A stretch of 64,000 bases of DNA. Source: Candidatus Uhrbacteria bacterium (lineage in GTDB: Bacteria; Patescibacteriota; Patescibacteriia; UBA9934). Below the pieces are notes generated by a model. That model saw only the letters and a list, made by a program, of their open reading frames with translations, ran no database searches and was not told the origin of the DNA. The DNA is taken from assembly GCA_018664485.1 (NCBI GenBank), contig JABJOE010000006.1, positions 7,294-71,293 on the forward strand. Reading direction: 5' to 3'. Below, one piece after another: positions 36,691-46,263 of the stretch. How positions within the stretch are numbered: the stretch's first letter is position 1; each line of letters begins with the position of its first letter. The translations under genes and the position numbers were made by a program.

Positions 36691-39140
36691 TCAACTTTCT
36701 TTACCGGTTTCTTCTTAGGCTTCTTACCCCATCTCGCATTACGAGCGTCATCGCGTGACTCTTTCGCCCCCTTACCGTCATCGCGTATCTCTTTCGCCTC
36801 CTTACCTTCACCAGATACGCTACCCAACAGATCAGCGCCAATGTCGGTGGCACCGCCCAACAGATCAGCACCTATATCAGCAATATCTTCCTGTACATTG
36901 CCCCAGTTTTTATCTATTTCTTCATTACCCTTTGAAACAGCTGTAATACTTTTATCTTGTTGACCTACAAGCTCCAGAGCGCCTTCTTTCAAGAAATTCC
37001 ACATGGACTTAGCAGCCATTCTAGTAGAGTTCAATCCAATTTTTACAGAATTATAGGCAGCACTCAAACCTACTCTTGCCCCTTTAACACCGCTCTTGAG
37101 AACAAATCCTGAACCCGCTAAACCAACTGTAGCTACCGCCGGAATCCTACCTACAGCCTTAACAGCCGTCTCTTCACCTGATTCATTTAGTTTTTTTAAT
37201 TTATCATAATGAATAGACGCTTCCAACTGCTTAATTGCGCCTCGCGGATCTTGCTCATATAAATCCCTACGAGATTCCATCCATGACTCTGCATCATCCT
37301 CCGACATACCCGACTCAATCATCATAGCAACCGCCATAACGCCAAGAGCCTCAAGCCGTTTAGGTCCCGTAATATCTCCAAGTTCACGAATATTCTCATC
37401 ATTACTCTCTTTTTCCAATGCCGCATCACGATCCTCTTTACTTAATCCACGCATCCTCTCTCTGAAATTTTGAAGTCTATCAGCGTCAATACCACGAGCC
37501 TCCTTACGATCGGTCAACTCCATCATCTTTAATTCAAATTTGCTATCTTCATCATCTGGGTTAAAAAGTGAACGTTCACCACCCCTCTCAATAACACCGG
37601 GTGCAACCTCATCAAGTCCAAGCGCCAAAGGAATATCCCCTCCGGACGTACCATCAGGAGATTGTAAATATGAAGGCACCTCAGGCTCCTCATCACTGGT
37701 CAATGCTTCCCAATCATCTGCAAGATCTTGTTCATCAAGTGAGAAACTCTCGGCCTCAGGCTTAGCAACGGGTTTCTCACTATTCCTCTCTAACGCCTCT
37801 ATCCGGTCAAGTGCCTCTTGCTCGTTATCAGGGCTGGTATTTACTTCCAACGCATTCCATTGATCAAGGATATCGTTCCCACTCGAATTAGTGGAAGTGC
37901 TAGCAACGGCCACATCGCCCGAACCGGTCGATGGTTCATCTTCATCTATGTCGTCTATTGTGTCATCACCACCCTCGATATCATCCATTGTCTCATAATC
38001 TTCGTCATCAAGAGAATCCTGAGATAACCCACCTTCCTCACCATCTAAAATATCATCATTAATCTCCTCGCTAGGTGAGGGATCAGTTCCTTCATCTATA
38101 TCATCCAATATATCGTCATTTGATGTTTCCCCACCTTCAATATCATCGCCCTCATCGTCAAGGATGTCATCATTTGAAAACTCGCCATTACCTACCGACA
38201 CTTCAGTGCCACTAGTAACCGCCTCGGCAATGTCAGAAGCCGCTTCGCCTCCCGTAGGTACTGACGATTCAACGCCAGAATCAACCGGCTCGCCACTAGG
38301 ATTCGATATTTCATTCATACTCTCAATTTTTGCAGCTAAATCAGCTCCCGCGCTAACTGCTTCGGCGACTATCTCAGCTGTACCTGAAGCTGCCGCTACC
38401 TCAACGACTCCCGCGCCAAGAACCTCACTTGCGACGTCCGCGCCAGCCCCGCCACCTTCAACTACAATACCCTCCTTAGCTCCACTAGTCCCCGATCCCA
38501 AAACACTGTCGATCACAACATCTGCGCCCGTCTCGATATTTTCTATACTAGCGCTAGGTTCCGGAGTGGCATCAACACCTTTATTCCTACCAGTAATCCT
38601 TACGGGAGGATCTTCCGATCCCGCAGGAGCTCTATTCTCTTCTCGTTGTGCTACGGCTACATGACCTTCATCCTCTCGCAAACCCTTAACAGAATCTTTA
38701 CGATGAGCCTCTTGAACATTAGAACCACGATCAGAATCTTGAGCCATCACGTCAGCTACATCCTGGTTACTATCCGCCCCCTCTTCCTGCTCTTCTTGCG
38801 CGTCAAGCTTAACAAACTCTGCCTCGCGAGCCTCGCCAATTCTATCTTTCTCATCCAATTCGTCTGAGCTTCTCGTATCCTCGTAAACACCTTTCATAAG
38901 GTCTTCATGAGAAGGAGGATTGCCCCAGTTTTCAACAATTTTTCCTTTTATTTTTCTTACCACAACTAAATCAACAGCTTTCGATGCGGCGACCTCCTCT
39001 CCAAGCACAGCAAGCTGTTCACTTATTTGCTTCTCTTGCTCAGCAAGCTCGCCAGCGCTAACCTCAGGTTGCTCTCTACCACCCTCAATTTTTTTCACCG
39101 CTTCAATTGTACCGTCTTCAGATCCTTCTACCATATACAT
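36657..39140 (-). CDS. Large (827 aa) highly acidic, low-complexity (probably disordered) protein with NDDILDD repeats and a Lys-rich C-terminal tail.
   Basis: No TM or signal peptide. Three SNDDILDDEGDDIEGG-like repeats. Ala/Gly/Ser/Glu-rich throughout. C-terminus WGKKPKKKPVKKVDKKPAKKKKAA. No catalytic motif seen. Confidence 0.6.
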   Translation of the reverse strand: MYMVEGSEDGTIEAVKKIEGGREQPEVSAGELAEQEKQISEQLAVLGEEVAASKAVDLVVVRKIKGKIVENWGNPPSHEDLMKGVYEDTRSSDELDEKDRIGEAREAEFVKLDAQEEQEEGADSNQDVADVMAQDSDRGSNVQEAHRKDSVKGLREDEGHVAVAQREENRAPAGSEDPPVRITGRNKGVDATPEPSASIENIETGADVVIDSVLGSGTSGAKEGIVVEGGGAGADVASEVLGAGVVEVAAASGTAEIVAEAVSAGADLAAKIESMNEISNPSGEPVDSGVESSVPTGGEAASDIAEAVTSGTEVSVGNGEFSNDDILDDEGDDIEGGETSNDDILDDIDEGTDPSPSEEINDDILDGEEGGLSQDSLDDEDYETMDDIEGGDDTIDDIDEDEPSTGSGDVAVASTSTNSSGNDILDQWNALEVNTSPDNEQEALDRIEALERNSEKPVAKPEAESFSLDEQDLADDWEALTSDEEPEVPSYLQSPDGTSGGDIPLALGLDEVAPGVIERGGERSLFNPDDEDSKFELKMMELTDRKEARGIDADRLQNFRERMRGLSKEDRDAALEKESNDENIRELGDITGPKRLEALGVMAVAMMIESGMSEDDAESWMESRRDLYEQDPRGAIKQLEASIHYDKLKKLNESGEETAVKAVGRIPAVATVGLAGSGFVLKSGVKGARVGLSAAYNSVKIGLNSTRMAAKSMWNFLKEGALELVGQQDKSITAVSKGNEEIDKNWGNVQEDIADIGADLLGGATDIGADLLGSVSGEGKEAKEIRDDGKGAKESRDDARNARWGKKPKKKPVKKVDKKPAKKKKAA

Positions 39141-39238
39141 ACATTCTATCTGATCTTGCCCACCTCGACAATCTCTCAGTACCCCATGCCATACCCTAAA
39201 AACTTGTCCGAGAATGTCCTTAGGGTTACTCTATTAGT

Positions 39239-40723
39239 ATGCCTGAAACGCTAGATTTCCTACCGCTTGCGCAAAAGCTCAAAAACTCTGGTCCATACAC
39301 GGACGAAGATGTTGTTTTTACGAAACGAGCGTTTGAAATGGCAAAGGCCGCTCACAAAGGTCAGATGAGAAAAACCGGTGAGCCATATGTCATCCATCCG
39401 TTTGCAGTTGCGATGAAATTAGTAGACATGCAGTTGCCTATAGAGGTTGTAGCTGCAGGTCTTCTCCATGACGTTCCAGAAGATACAGATGTAACAGTTG
39501 AGGAGATTCAGCATGCTTTTGGTGACGAAGTTGCCACCATGGTAAATGGTGTTACGAAATTGGGGCATGTTCGCTACACGGGACTTGAGCGATATGTGGA
39601 AAACTTGCGGAAGATGTTCCTTGCAATGGCGCAAGACGTGCGAGTTATCTTCATTAAATTCGCCGACCGGATGCACAACATGGAAACCCTCTATGTTATT
39701 CCCGAAAGCAAACGAATTCGAATCGCGCGTGAGGTCATGGAAATCTACGCACCAATCGCTAACCGTCTTGGAATGGGAGAATACCGCGGGCTGTTTGAAG
39801 ATTACGCATTCCGCTACCTGAGCCCAAAAGAGTACAACTGGACAAAACACCTTCTAGAGCAGAGCGTTAAGAAAGCCGGACCTGCGATGGAGCGTGCCCT
39901 TCGTGACGTTGAAGATGCGCTTCGTGATAACGGATTAAGACTCGCCAATGTTCATGGGCGAATTAAGTTCTGCCACAGTCTTTACAAGAAATTAAAGAAG
40001 TACGACAAAGACATCAATAAGGTGTACGACCTCATGGCTCTTCGCATCATTGTAAACGATGTAAGCGAGTGCTACGGGGCGCTTGGGATCCTCCACAGCA
40101 TGTATACGCCGCTTTCAGGACGTATCAAAGATTATATTGCACAACCAAAACCAAATGGTTATCAATCCCTTCACACAACGGTGTTTGATGAAGATGGATC
40201 TATTTTGGAATTCCAAATTCGTACAACGGAAATGCACGAAGAGGCTGAGTACGGTATTGCAGCCCACTGGAGATACAAAGAATTCAAGAGCAAAGATAAG
40301 AAAGTTCGCTGGATGAATGATTTGGTTCGTATTCAAAAAGAGCTTAATGAAACTGACTTCATGGATCGGCTTGATGAACTTAAGCTCGACATGTTCCACG
40401 ACCGTATTTTCGTCTTCTCTCCAAACGGAGATGTGTTCGACCTACCAGAAAACTCAACACCAATCGATTTTGCCTACGCAATTCATACAGATATCGGAAA
40501 CAAAGCGTCTACAGCAAAAATTAACCACCAAGTAGTAAACCTTGGATCCCCTCTTAAGTCAGGAGACATGTGTGAGATAATTGTCGACAAAAACCGTAAG
40601 GGGCCAAGTGCAGATTGGCTTAAATTTGTAAAAACACATCACGCTCGATCAAAAATTAAAGATGCAGTTAAAAAGAACAAGCGTTCATTCCTAGCCTCTT
40701 TCAAAGACCGATCAAAACGATAG
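39239..40723 (+). CDS. rel: Short bifunctional RelA/SpoT-family (p)ppGpp synthetase/hydrolase: HD, synthetase and TGS domains, no ACT/RRM domain.
   Basis: 494 aa. HD motif LLHDVPEDT. Synthetase region ...YQSLHTTV... TGS-like ...IFVFSPNGDVFDLPENSTPIDFAYAIHTDIGNK... Confidence 0.85.
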   Translation: MPETLDFLPLAQKLKNSGPYTDEDVVFTKRAFEMAKAAHKGQMRKTGEPYVIHPFAVAMKLVDMQLPIEVVAAGLLHDVPEDTDVTVEEIQHAFGDEVATMVNGVTKLGHVRYTGLERYVENLRKMFLAMAQDVRVIFIKFADRMHNMETLYVIPESKRIRIAREVMEIYAPIANRLGMGEYRGLFEDYAFRYLSPKEYNWTKHLLEQSVKKAGPAMERALRDVEDALRDNGLRLANVHGRIKFCHSLYKKLKKYDKDINKVYDLMALRIIVNDVSECYGALGILHSMYTPLSGRIKDYIAQPKPNGYQSLHTTVFDEDGSILEFQIRTTEMHEEAEYGIAAHWRYKEFKSKDKKVRWMNDLVRIQKELNETDFMDRLDELKLDMFHDRIFVFSPNGDVFDLPENSTPIDFAYAIHTDIGNKASTAKINHQVVNLGSPLKSGDMCEIIVDKNRKGPSADWLKFVKTHHARSKIKDAVKKNKRSFLASFKDRSKR

Positions 40724-40761
40724 CGTTACATACTCAGAAGCAAAAACGTGCCTCACTTGGA

Positions 40762-40797
40762 GACACGTTATTGTTTTATATAAATCGTAGGGGCTAG
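40762..40797. terminator. Hairpin terminator between convergent rel and parB.
   Basis: aacgtg...cacgtt 6-bp stem with a 13-nt loop, then ATTGTTTTA. Confidence 0.4.
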
Positions 40798-40804
40798 ATC
40801 CAAA

Positions 40805-41671
40805 CTAATCAATCAAGCGCTTAACCAAATTCCTTAGATCGTCTTTAGAATAAAAGTGGATCACCATCTTTCCAGAAGTACCTGACATTTTTAGCTCTAC
40901 CTTTGTTTCAAGTGCATCTCGGAGTTCATCCTCAATAGCTCTTATATTCGCATCTTGTGGCCGCTTCTTGGACCCTGGCCGTGCACCCGATGCCTTAGCC
41001 TCTGCCTGACGAACGGTAAGCTTCCCGGCAAGCATCTGGCGGAACATCTCCAGCCGCCTTACCTGATCGACCTCTGAAAGCAATGTCCTTGCATGCGATC
41101 GAGTGATCTTACCCTCCATCAAAGCTTGCTGGATCTCAGTCTCCAAATCTAAAAGACGAATGATATTTGCAACATATGAACGACTCTTCCCGATTCTTTG
41201 TGCAACCTGCTCCTGCGTTAGAGAAAACAATTCAACAAAAGAATTATATGCCTGAGCTTCTTCAACGGCATTAAGATCAGCACGCTGGATATTCTCAATC
41301 AATGCCAACTCCAACTTTTGCTGTTCTGAAACATCTGCACGAACAACTGCCGGCACAGTTTGTAAACCAAGCAGTCGAGCACTACGCAAACGACGCTCAC
41401 CTGCAATAAGCTCATAGTTCCCATCGTCCTTCTTGGTAACTAAAAGTGGCTGCAGAATTCCGTGTTCTTTAATCGAACCGACCAAATCCTCTAAATCCGC
41501 CGGCGCAAAATAAGTACGCGGCTGATGTGGATTCTCCACGATCATATCTATTTTGATCTCGGATTCAGGGGTCGCTGCCACAACCGCCTCCTGCGTTCCA
41601 ACTATTGGCGCAATCTTCGGCGGAATCAACGAACTTAAACCACGACCTAATCCTCCTTTTGCCTTTGCCAT
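40805..41671 (-). CDS. parB: Chromosome partitioning protein ParB.
   Basis: 288 aa. ParB-box ...LIAGERRLRSARLLGL... and an HTH region. Confidence 0.9.
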   Translation of the reverse strand: MAKAKGGLGRGLSSLIPPKIAPIVGTQEAVVAATPESEIKIDMIVENPHQPRTYFAPADLEDLVGSIKEHGILQPLLVTKKDDGNYELIAGERRLRSARLLGLQTVPAVVRADVSEQQKLELALIENIQRADLNAVEEAQAYNSFVELFSLTQEQVAQRIGKSRSYVANIIRLLDLETEIQQALMEGKITRSHARTLLSEVDQVRRLEMFRQMLAGKLTVRQAEAKASGARPGSKKRPQDANIRAIEDELRDALETKVELKMSGTSGKMVIHFYSKDDLRNLVKRLID

Positions 41672-41680
41672 ATTAATATT

Positions 41681-42478
41681 CTAAACAACAGTATCTTTTT
41701 GTGTAATAGCGATCGGTGTGTCTTCCCGCATCAAAAACTCCTTTGCTAGCCGCTCATATGCACGTCCAGCCTTACACGTTGGATCAAATTGCAAAATAGA
41801 CTGACCATAACTTGGAGCCTCAGCAAGTCGAACACTTCGTGGAATAACGGATCTGAAAATCTTTTCTGGAAAATGTGCGTACAGCTCTTCCAAGACCTGA
41901 CGAGAAAGTTTTGTACGCGTATCAAACATAGTAATGACTGCTCCCATAATTTCCAACTCCGGCTTGATCGACTGGCGAACCATATCGACCGTCTGCATAA
42001 GTTGCCCGAGCCCTTCAAGCGAGTAGTACTCAGCCTGCACTGGAATAAGTACGCTGTCAGCAGCCACCAAACCATTAACAGTCAAAAGTCCGAGCGTTGG
42101 TGGATTGTCGATAATGATGTAATCGTAGTCATTGCGCACCTCAAGAAGTGCTTCGTGCAATTTTCGCTCACGTCCCATCTCACTTACAAGCTCTACCGAT
42201 GCACCTGCGAGGTCTGGACCACCTGCTAGTAAAAATAGCCCCTCGTGTGCCGTTGGTAAAATAATATCCTTAGCCTTACCGTTTCCAGATAGGGCATGAT
42301 ACGTCCCTTGCACCTCATGACTGACAACGTTAAGTCCACTTGAGGCATTACCCTGTGGATCAAGGTCAACCAACAAAACATACTTCCCGAAATGGGCCAA
42401 GTATGAGGCAAGATTGACGGCAGTCGTTGACTTACCAACACCACCCTTCTGATTTACGATTGAAACTATATGAGCCAT
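41681..42478 (-). CDS. parA: Chromosome partitioning ATPase ParA/Soj.
   Basis: 265 aa. Deviant Walker A KGGVGKSTTAVNLA. Confidence 0.9.
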   Translation of the reverse strand: MAHIVSIVNQKGGVGKSTTAVNLASYLAHFGKYVLLVDLDPQGNASSGLNVVSHEVQGTYHALSGNGKAKDIILPTAHEGLFLLAGGPDLAGASVELVSEMGRERKLHEALLEVRNDYDYIIIDNPPTLGLLTVNGLVAADSVLIPVQAEYYSLEGLGQLMQTVDMVRQSIKPELEIMGAVITMFDTRTKLSRQVLEELYAHFPEKIFRSVIPRSVRLAEAPSYGQSILQFDPTCKAGRAYERLAKEFLMREDTPIAITQKDTVV

Positions 42479-42493
42479 AACGGCCTCAGTATA

Positions 42494-43702
42494 TCATTTC
42501 TTAGCCACCCTTGCGACCGCGCTTGAAACGCTCTTTACAACCATAGGATCAAACGCATCTGGAATAATATTTGTAGGATGAGGCTCCTTAACCACCCCCG
42601 CCAATGCCTGCGCTGCCGCCAGTTTCATATCTTCCGTGATTTCTTTGGCCTTTGCGTCAAATGCACCTCGAAATACTCCAGGGAAAGCGAGCACATTATT
42701 TATTTGGTTTGGAAAGTCTGATCGACCAGATGCTACAACTGCAGCTCCAGCATCAAGCGCATCTTGCGGCATAATCTCTGGATCAGGATTAGCCATAGCA
42801 AACACGATTGCATCTTTTGCCATAGATTTCACCATCTCCGATGAAACGATTCCACCAACACTCACTCCAATGAATACATCAGCACCTTCGAGCGCATCAG
42901 CTAAAGTTCCACCTTTCTCATTAGGGTTGGTAAAACTGAGCAGATCTTTCTTTGCACCGTTTAGATTGTCACGATCTGGTGAAATAATTCCTTTTGAATC
43001 ACACATAACAATGTCTGCAACACCTTGAGATGAAAGTAACTTCGCAATTGCAGTGCCTGCGGCTCCAGCCCCACTCATAACAACCTTCAATCCATCAAAC
43101 GTTCTATTTGTAACCTTGAGTGCGTTGATAAGGCCTGCAACCGTAACGATTGCAGTACCATGTTGGTCGTCGTGAAAAACTGGTATATCCAGTCGTTCCC
43201 GAAGACGCCGCTCAATCTCAAAACACCGAGGAGCAGCAATATCTTCTAAATTAATCCCACCAAAGCTCGGTGCTAATCGAACAACCGTTTCAACAATCTC
43301 ATCTACGTCTTGCGTTGCAAGGCAGATCGGAAAAGCATCCACGTTAGCAAAAGTCTTAAATAGCACAGCCTTCCCTTCCATTACCGGGTACGCAGCTTCG
43401 GGTCCAATATTTCCAAGCCCCAAAACAGAAGAACCATCAGTTACAACAGCAACCCAGTTACCTCGTGGCGTATATTTCCAAACATTCTGCACGTCCTTTG
43501 CGATCTCACGGCAAGGCTCTGCAACGCCCGGCGTATAGTAAGTTGAAAGATCATCACGATTCTCCAAAGGTACTTTTAATCCAAGTTCAATCTTCCCCTT
43601 ATTCTCCGCATGACGCTTAAGCGACTCTTTATTGTAATCCATACCGGCACAGGGTAACACGGTTGATTGCGGATGTTCAAGATGACCTGTATACATTGAC
43701 AA
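42494..43702 (-). CDS. NAD(P)-dependent malic enzyme (short, about 400-aa form).
   Basis: 402 aa. ...DLSTYYTPGVAEPCREI..., Rossmann GAGAAGTAIAKLL, ...FANVDAFPICL... Confidence 0.85.
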   Translation of the reverse strand: MSMYTGHLEHPQSTVLPCAGMDYNKESLKRHAENKGKIELGLKVPLENRDDLSTYYTPGVAEPCREIAKDVQNVWKYTPRGNWVAVVTDGSSVLGLGNIGPEAAYPVMEGKAVLFKTFANVDAFPICLATQDVDEIVETVVRLAPSFGGINLEDIAAPRCFEIERRLRERLDIPVFHDDQHGTAIVTVAGLINALKVTNRTFDGLKVVMSGAGAAGTAIAKLLSSQGVADIVMCDSKGIISPDRDNLNGAKKDLLSFTNPNEKGGTLADALEGADVFIGVSVGGIVSSEMVKSMAKDAIVFAMANPDPEIMPQDALDAGAAVVASGRSDFPNQINNVLAFPGVFRGAFDAKAKEITEDMKLAAAQALAGVVKEPHPTNIIPDAFDPMVVKSVSSAVARVAKK

Positions 43703-43906
43703 AAGGCCATTTTTGTGATATTCTTGTGCGTCAGATAAAGACGTTTTCTCATCATTTTGTGGTGATTTAACGCCTTTATCTGCATATTTAGCCGATCGCG
43801 AAAATCATCTGCCTATAGTGGTGGGTGTGGGGTAAATTAGCCTATTCGTGTTAGGGAATATGTCTCGCCGTTCCTGGTGAGTTTAAGATGAGGAGAGAAG
43901 AAGACC

Positions 43907-44905
43907 ATGTCAGACGGAAAAGAGTCCGAAAACGAAGAGTCCACGAACGAAGGGTCCAGCAAGTTTCGCCTGTCCTCCCTCGCCTTCATGTTCGTCATGT
44001 CGAACCTCGGCATTATGATCGCTGCGGCAAAGGGTGACTGGTTTAATATCTTTGGCGTAGTCGGTAGCCTTACCTTGGGATACGTTATCGTGTCTCAGTG
44101 GCATGCGCTGCGGGACCTACGCAAAGAGTTCAAGATCAAGGAGGTCGATCTCCAGAAAATAGTTGTCGATCTCGCCATGGAAAAAACTACGGTCAGAGTC
44201 CTCACACAACAAAGAGACGATGCAATCGAGCATGAGAGAGCTCTCCAAACGAAGGTCCATGACCTCGAGGCCGCGAATGCGGTGCTCAAAGAAGAGAAGA
44301 GTGAGGCAGAAGGCGAAAGCGCACGGCTCAAGGGTCGGAACGACCGCCTGACAGAGAGCGAGAAGCGCGACCGCAAAGCGCTTCTCACGTTCCTGAGCTT
44401 CGTCCTCAAGCAGATGCAGATCATCCGGTCTGCAAAAGCCAAGGACATGGATGGAACCTGGGCCTCCGAATTGCGACAGCGTCTAGCGCATGAAGTGATG
44501 CGATTGGCGACGACGCAGGAGCTGGAGCCAGACTTCTTCGCGACCAAAGACAGAGCGGAACTGGTCTTCGATGTCATGACAGAGATGGCAGAAGCCCTTC
44601 ACAGTCGCAATAGGCTGCGCTTTGGTTCAATCTTCAGGCGTCAGCATGAAAGCGAACTGTGGGACCTCGGAATTCCCCGCATCTTGTTGGTGTCTCACAT
44701 GACCCGTATCGACAAGGGGAACGATCAGGATGTGGCCACACAGCACCTTCTTGATGGCAATGGAGCGATCCGCCCCATGTACTTCAGAGCAGCACATGAC
44801 CTGGCCCGAGAAATTCGGGAATCCAAGACGATGGAGATCCTTTCGGTAACGGAATCCGCCGGCTTCCTCTGGCTTACCGGACTCTTCGAGAAAAAATCAA
44901 ACTGA
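43907..44905 (+). CDS. Hypothetical TM plus coiled-coil protein. By eye it is markedly GC-rich compared with the genome.
   Basis: 332 aa. One TM helix (LAFMFVMSNLGIMIAAA...VVGSLTLGYVIV), then a heptad-rich coiled-coil (VHDLEAANAVLKEEKSEAEGESARLKGRNDRLTESEKRD). Confidence 0.5.
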   Translation: MSDGKESENEESTNEGSSKFRLSSLAFMFVMSNLGIMIAAAKGDWFNIFGVVGSLTLGYVIVSQWHALRDLRKEFKIKEVDLQKIVVDLAMEKTTVRVLTQQRDDAIEHERALQTKVHDLEAANAVLKEEKSEAEGESARLKGRNDRLTESEKRDRKALLTFLSFVLKQMQIIRSAKAKDMDGTWASELRQRLAHEVMRLATTQELEPDFFATKDRAELVFDVMTEMAEALHSRNRLRFGSIFRRQHESELWDLGIPRILLVSHMTRIDKGNDQDVATQHLLDGNGAIRPMYFRAAHDLAREIRESKTMEILSVTESAGFLWLTGLFEKKSN

Positions 44906-45015
44906 GCATTACGCCTGTAGCCATGCGACCGAGTGGTCCTTGAGCACAGCCGTCAATTCCCACACCTCGTCTAACGGGGGGTGGGAATTTACATTTAAAA
45001 AAACATCTGCATTGG

Positions 45016-45045
45016 TTGACGTTTTGAGCGATTTATGATAGTATC
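45016..45045 (+). promoter_or_regulatory. Near-consensus sigma70 promoter upstream of 45114.
   Basis: TTGACG, 17-nt spacer, TAGTAT. Downstream AAAGAGGAG Shine-Dalgarno sits 7 nt before the ATG at 45114. Confidence 0.45.
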
Positions 45046-45113
45046 TACAGTCGTATCTTCGGCAAACAATACACGCGCAGCAAATCGAATTACCCTACAA
45101 AGAGGAGCCTGCA

Positions 45114-45833
45114 ATGACACAAGATCCATCTGATGCCGTTACCCTTGAAGAGGCCGCAGCGCTACTTGCTGCCGTGATGAAAAGGCTCGTCGGTAAAGAT
45201 GGCCGCGCCTGGCTCACAACCATTGAGCGCCTTTCACTAGCTGATGATCCACAACATACGGAAGCTGTCAGCGCAGGTACTCCAGCACTCTCCGTTCCCA
45301 ATGGACTGACAGTCGACGATGCCTGGGCGCGATCAGTAATCCATCGATCAGGATTCGACGCCGCGATTGCAGAGTGGGAGAAAGCATACACCCAAGCAGA
45401 GAGCCTGGGGCTCCCGCTACGCATCCCTCGCAACGCGCGAATCCTACACTCCTACCTCGCCTCCGATCACAGCACACGGTTGCCGAAAGACAAGCCTGGG
45501 AGGAAGTTTGCCGTATGGCTCGTAGATCAGATCTATGAAGCTACGATGACAGGACTCACTCGCGACACATACAGCAGGCGGCGAGAGGCGTCCGTGATCA
45601 TGTTCCGCGCAGCCGTGCTCGTACTGAAGGTAGTGTCAGAAGAAGTAGAGGTAGTCACAGATATGCCTAGGTCCACATCATCAGCCGACACAAATTGGAC
45701 CATTCAAGGTGGCATCGCTCAGAAAATTGGAAGCGAAATGCGTCCGGACGAAAGCTGGCTCCAAATCGGCATTTTGCTTCGACCGCAGCTCAAGTTCAGC
45801 GACGGCACGTCCATACCCGGCGACGTCGCATGA
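45114..45833 (+). CDS. Hypothetical protein, GC-rich by eye.
   Basis: 239 aa. Good RBS. No recognisable motif. Confidence 0.45.
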   Translation: MTQDPSDAVTLEEAAALLAAVMKRLVGKDGRAWLTTIERLSLADDPQHTEAVSAGTPALSVPNGLTVDDAWARSVIHRSGFDAAIAEWEKAYTQAESLGLPLRIPRNARILHSYLASDHSTRLPKDKPGRKFAVWLVDQIYEATMTGLTRDTYSRRREASVIMFRAAVLVLKVVSEEVEVVTDMPRSTSSADTNWTIQGGIAQKIGSEMRPDESWLQIGILLRPQLKFSDGTSIPGDVA

Positions 45834-45948
45834 AACCACCGCCAACTCCTCGGCAAACAGACTGCCCCGTATCGACCCCTGGTCTTTGCGGGGATTCGTG
45901 CATCAATAAACAATAAAAATAGAAATCTCCAAATAAACCTTGAAGCAA

Positions 45949-46230
45949 CTACTTCCAGCGCTCCAACCTTGGGATACCTCGCGTTAAAATCCAGGCAAGA
46001 ATACCATTCATACCTTTCTCTTTCATTTTTTCAATACAGAGTATTTGCATTTGTTTTGGGTCTGTAATTTCAGGGCTTAAAAATGGTCCGTCTTTAAAAC
46101 AGTACGAGCAGTACATATCACTCTTCGCCCCATCTTTTTCAGATCCCCCTCCCTTAGGATCACCACTAAATGGCATCCCGCAACTCTGACAAAATTTATT
46201 CTTTTTCATATACGCAAAGTATATCAGCAC
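45949..46230 (-). CDS. Zinc-ribbon domain protein.
   Basis: 93 aa. CQSCGMP...CSYCF Cys pairs (C-x2-C ... C-x2-C). Confidence 0.6.
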   Translation of the reverse strand: MLIYFAYMKKNKFCQSCGMPFSGDPKGGGSEKDGAKSDMYCSYCFKDGPFLSPEITDPKQMQILCIEKMKEKGMNGILAWILTRGIPRLERWK

Positions 46231-46263
46231 GGTTCAAAATCATGAATTCTGCGTTTCTAAATT

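Noticed and set aside
43800-43880. Possible direct repeat of the tRNA-fMet 3' end (att-like) at the left edge of the GC-rich island (ggtgggtgtggggtaaatt vs ggttgcgggggtaggattt).
   Set aside because: Only about 11 of 20 positions match. Too degenerate to call an attachment-site repeat without a search.
44095-44577. 160-aa minus-strand ORF.
   Set aside because: Antisense to the GC-rich 43907..44905 gene. Long antisense ORFs are expected in GC-rich DNA. Arg/Ser-rich.
45834-45948. ccccg...cgggg hairpin between the convergent 45114..45833 and zinc-ribbon genes as a terminator.
   Set aside because: 5-bp stem with a 19-nt loop and no adjacent T-run. Too weak.
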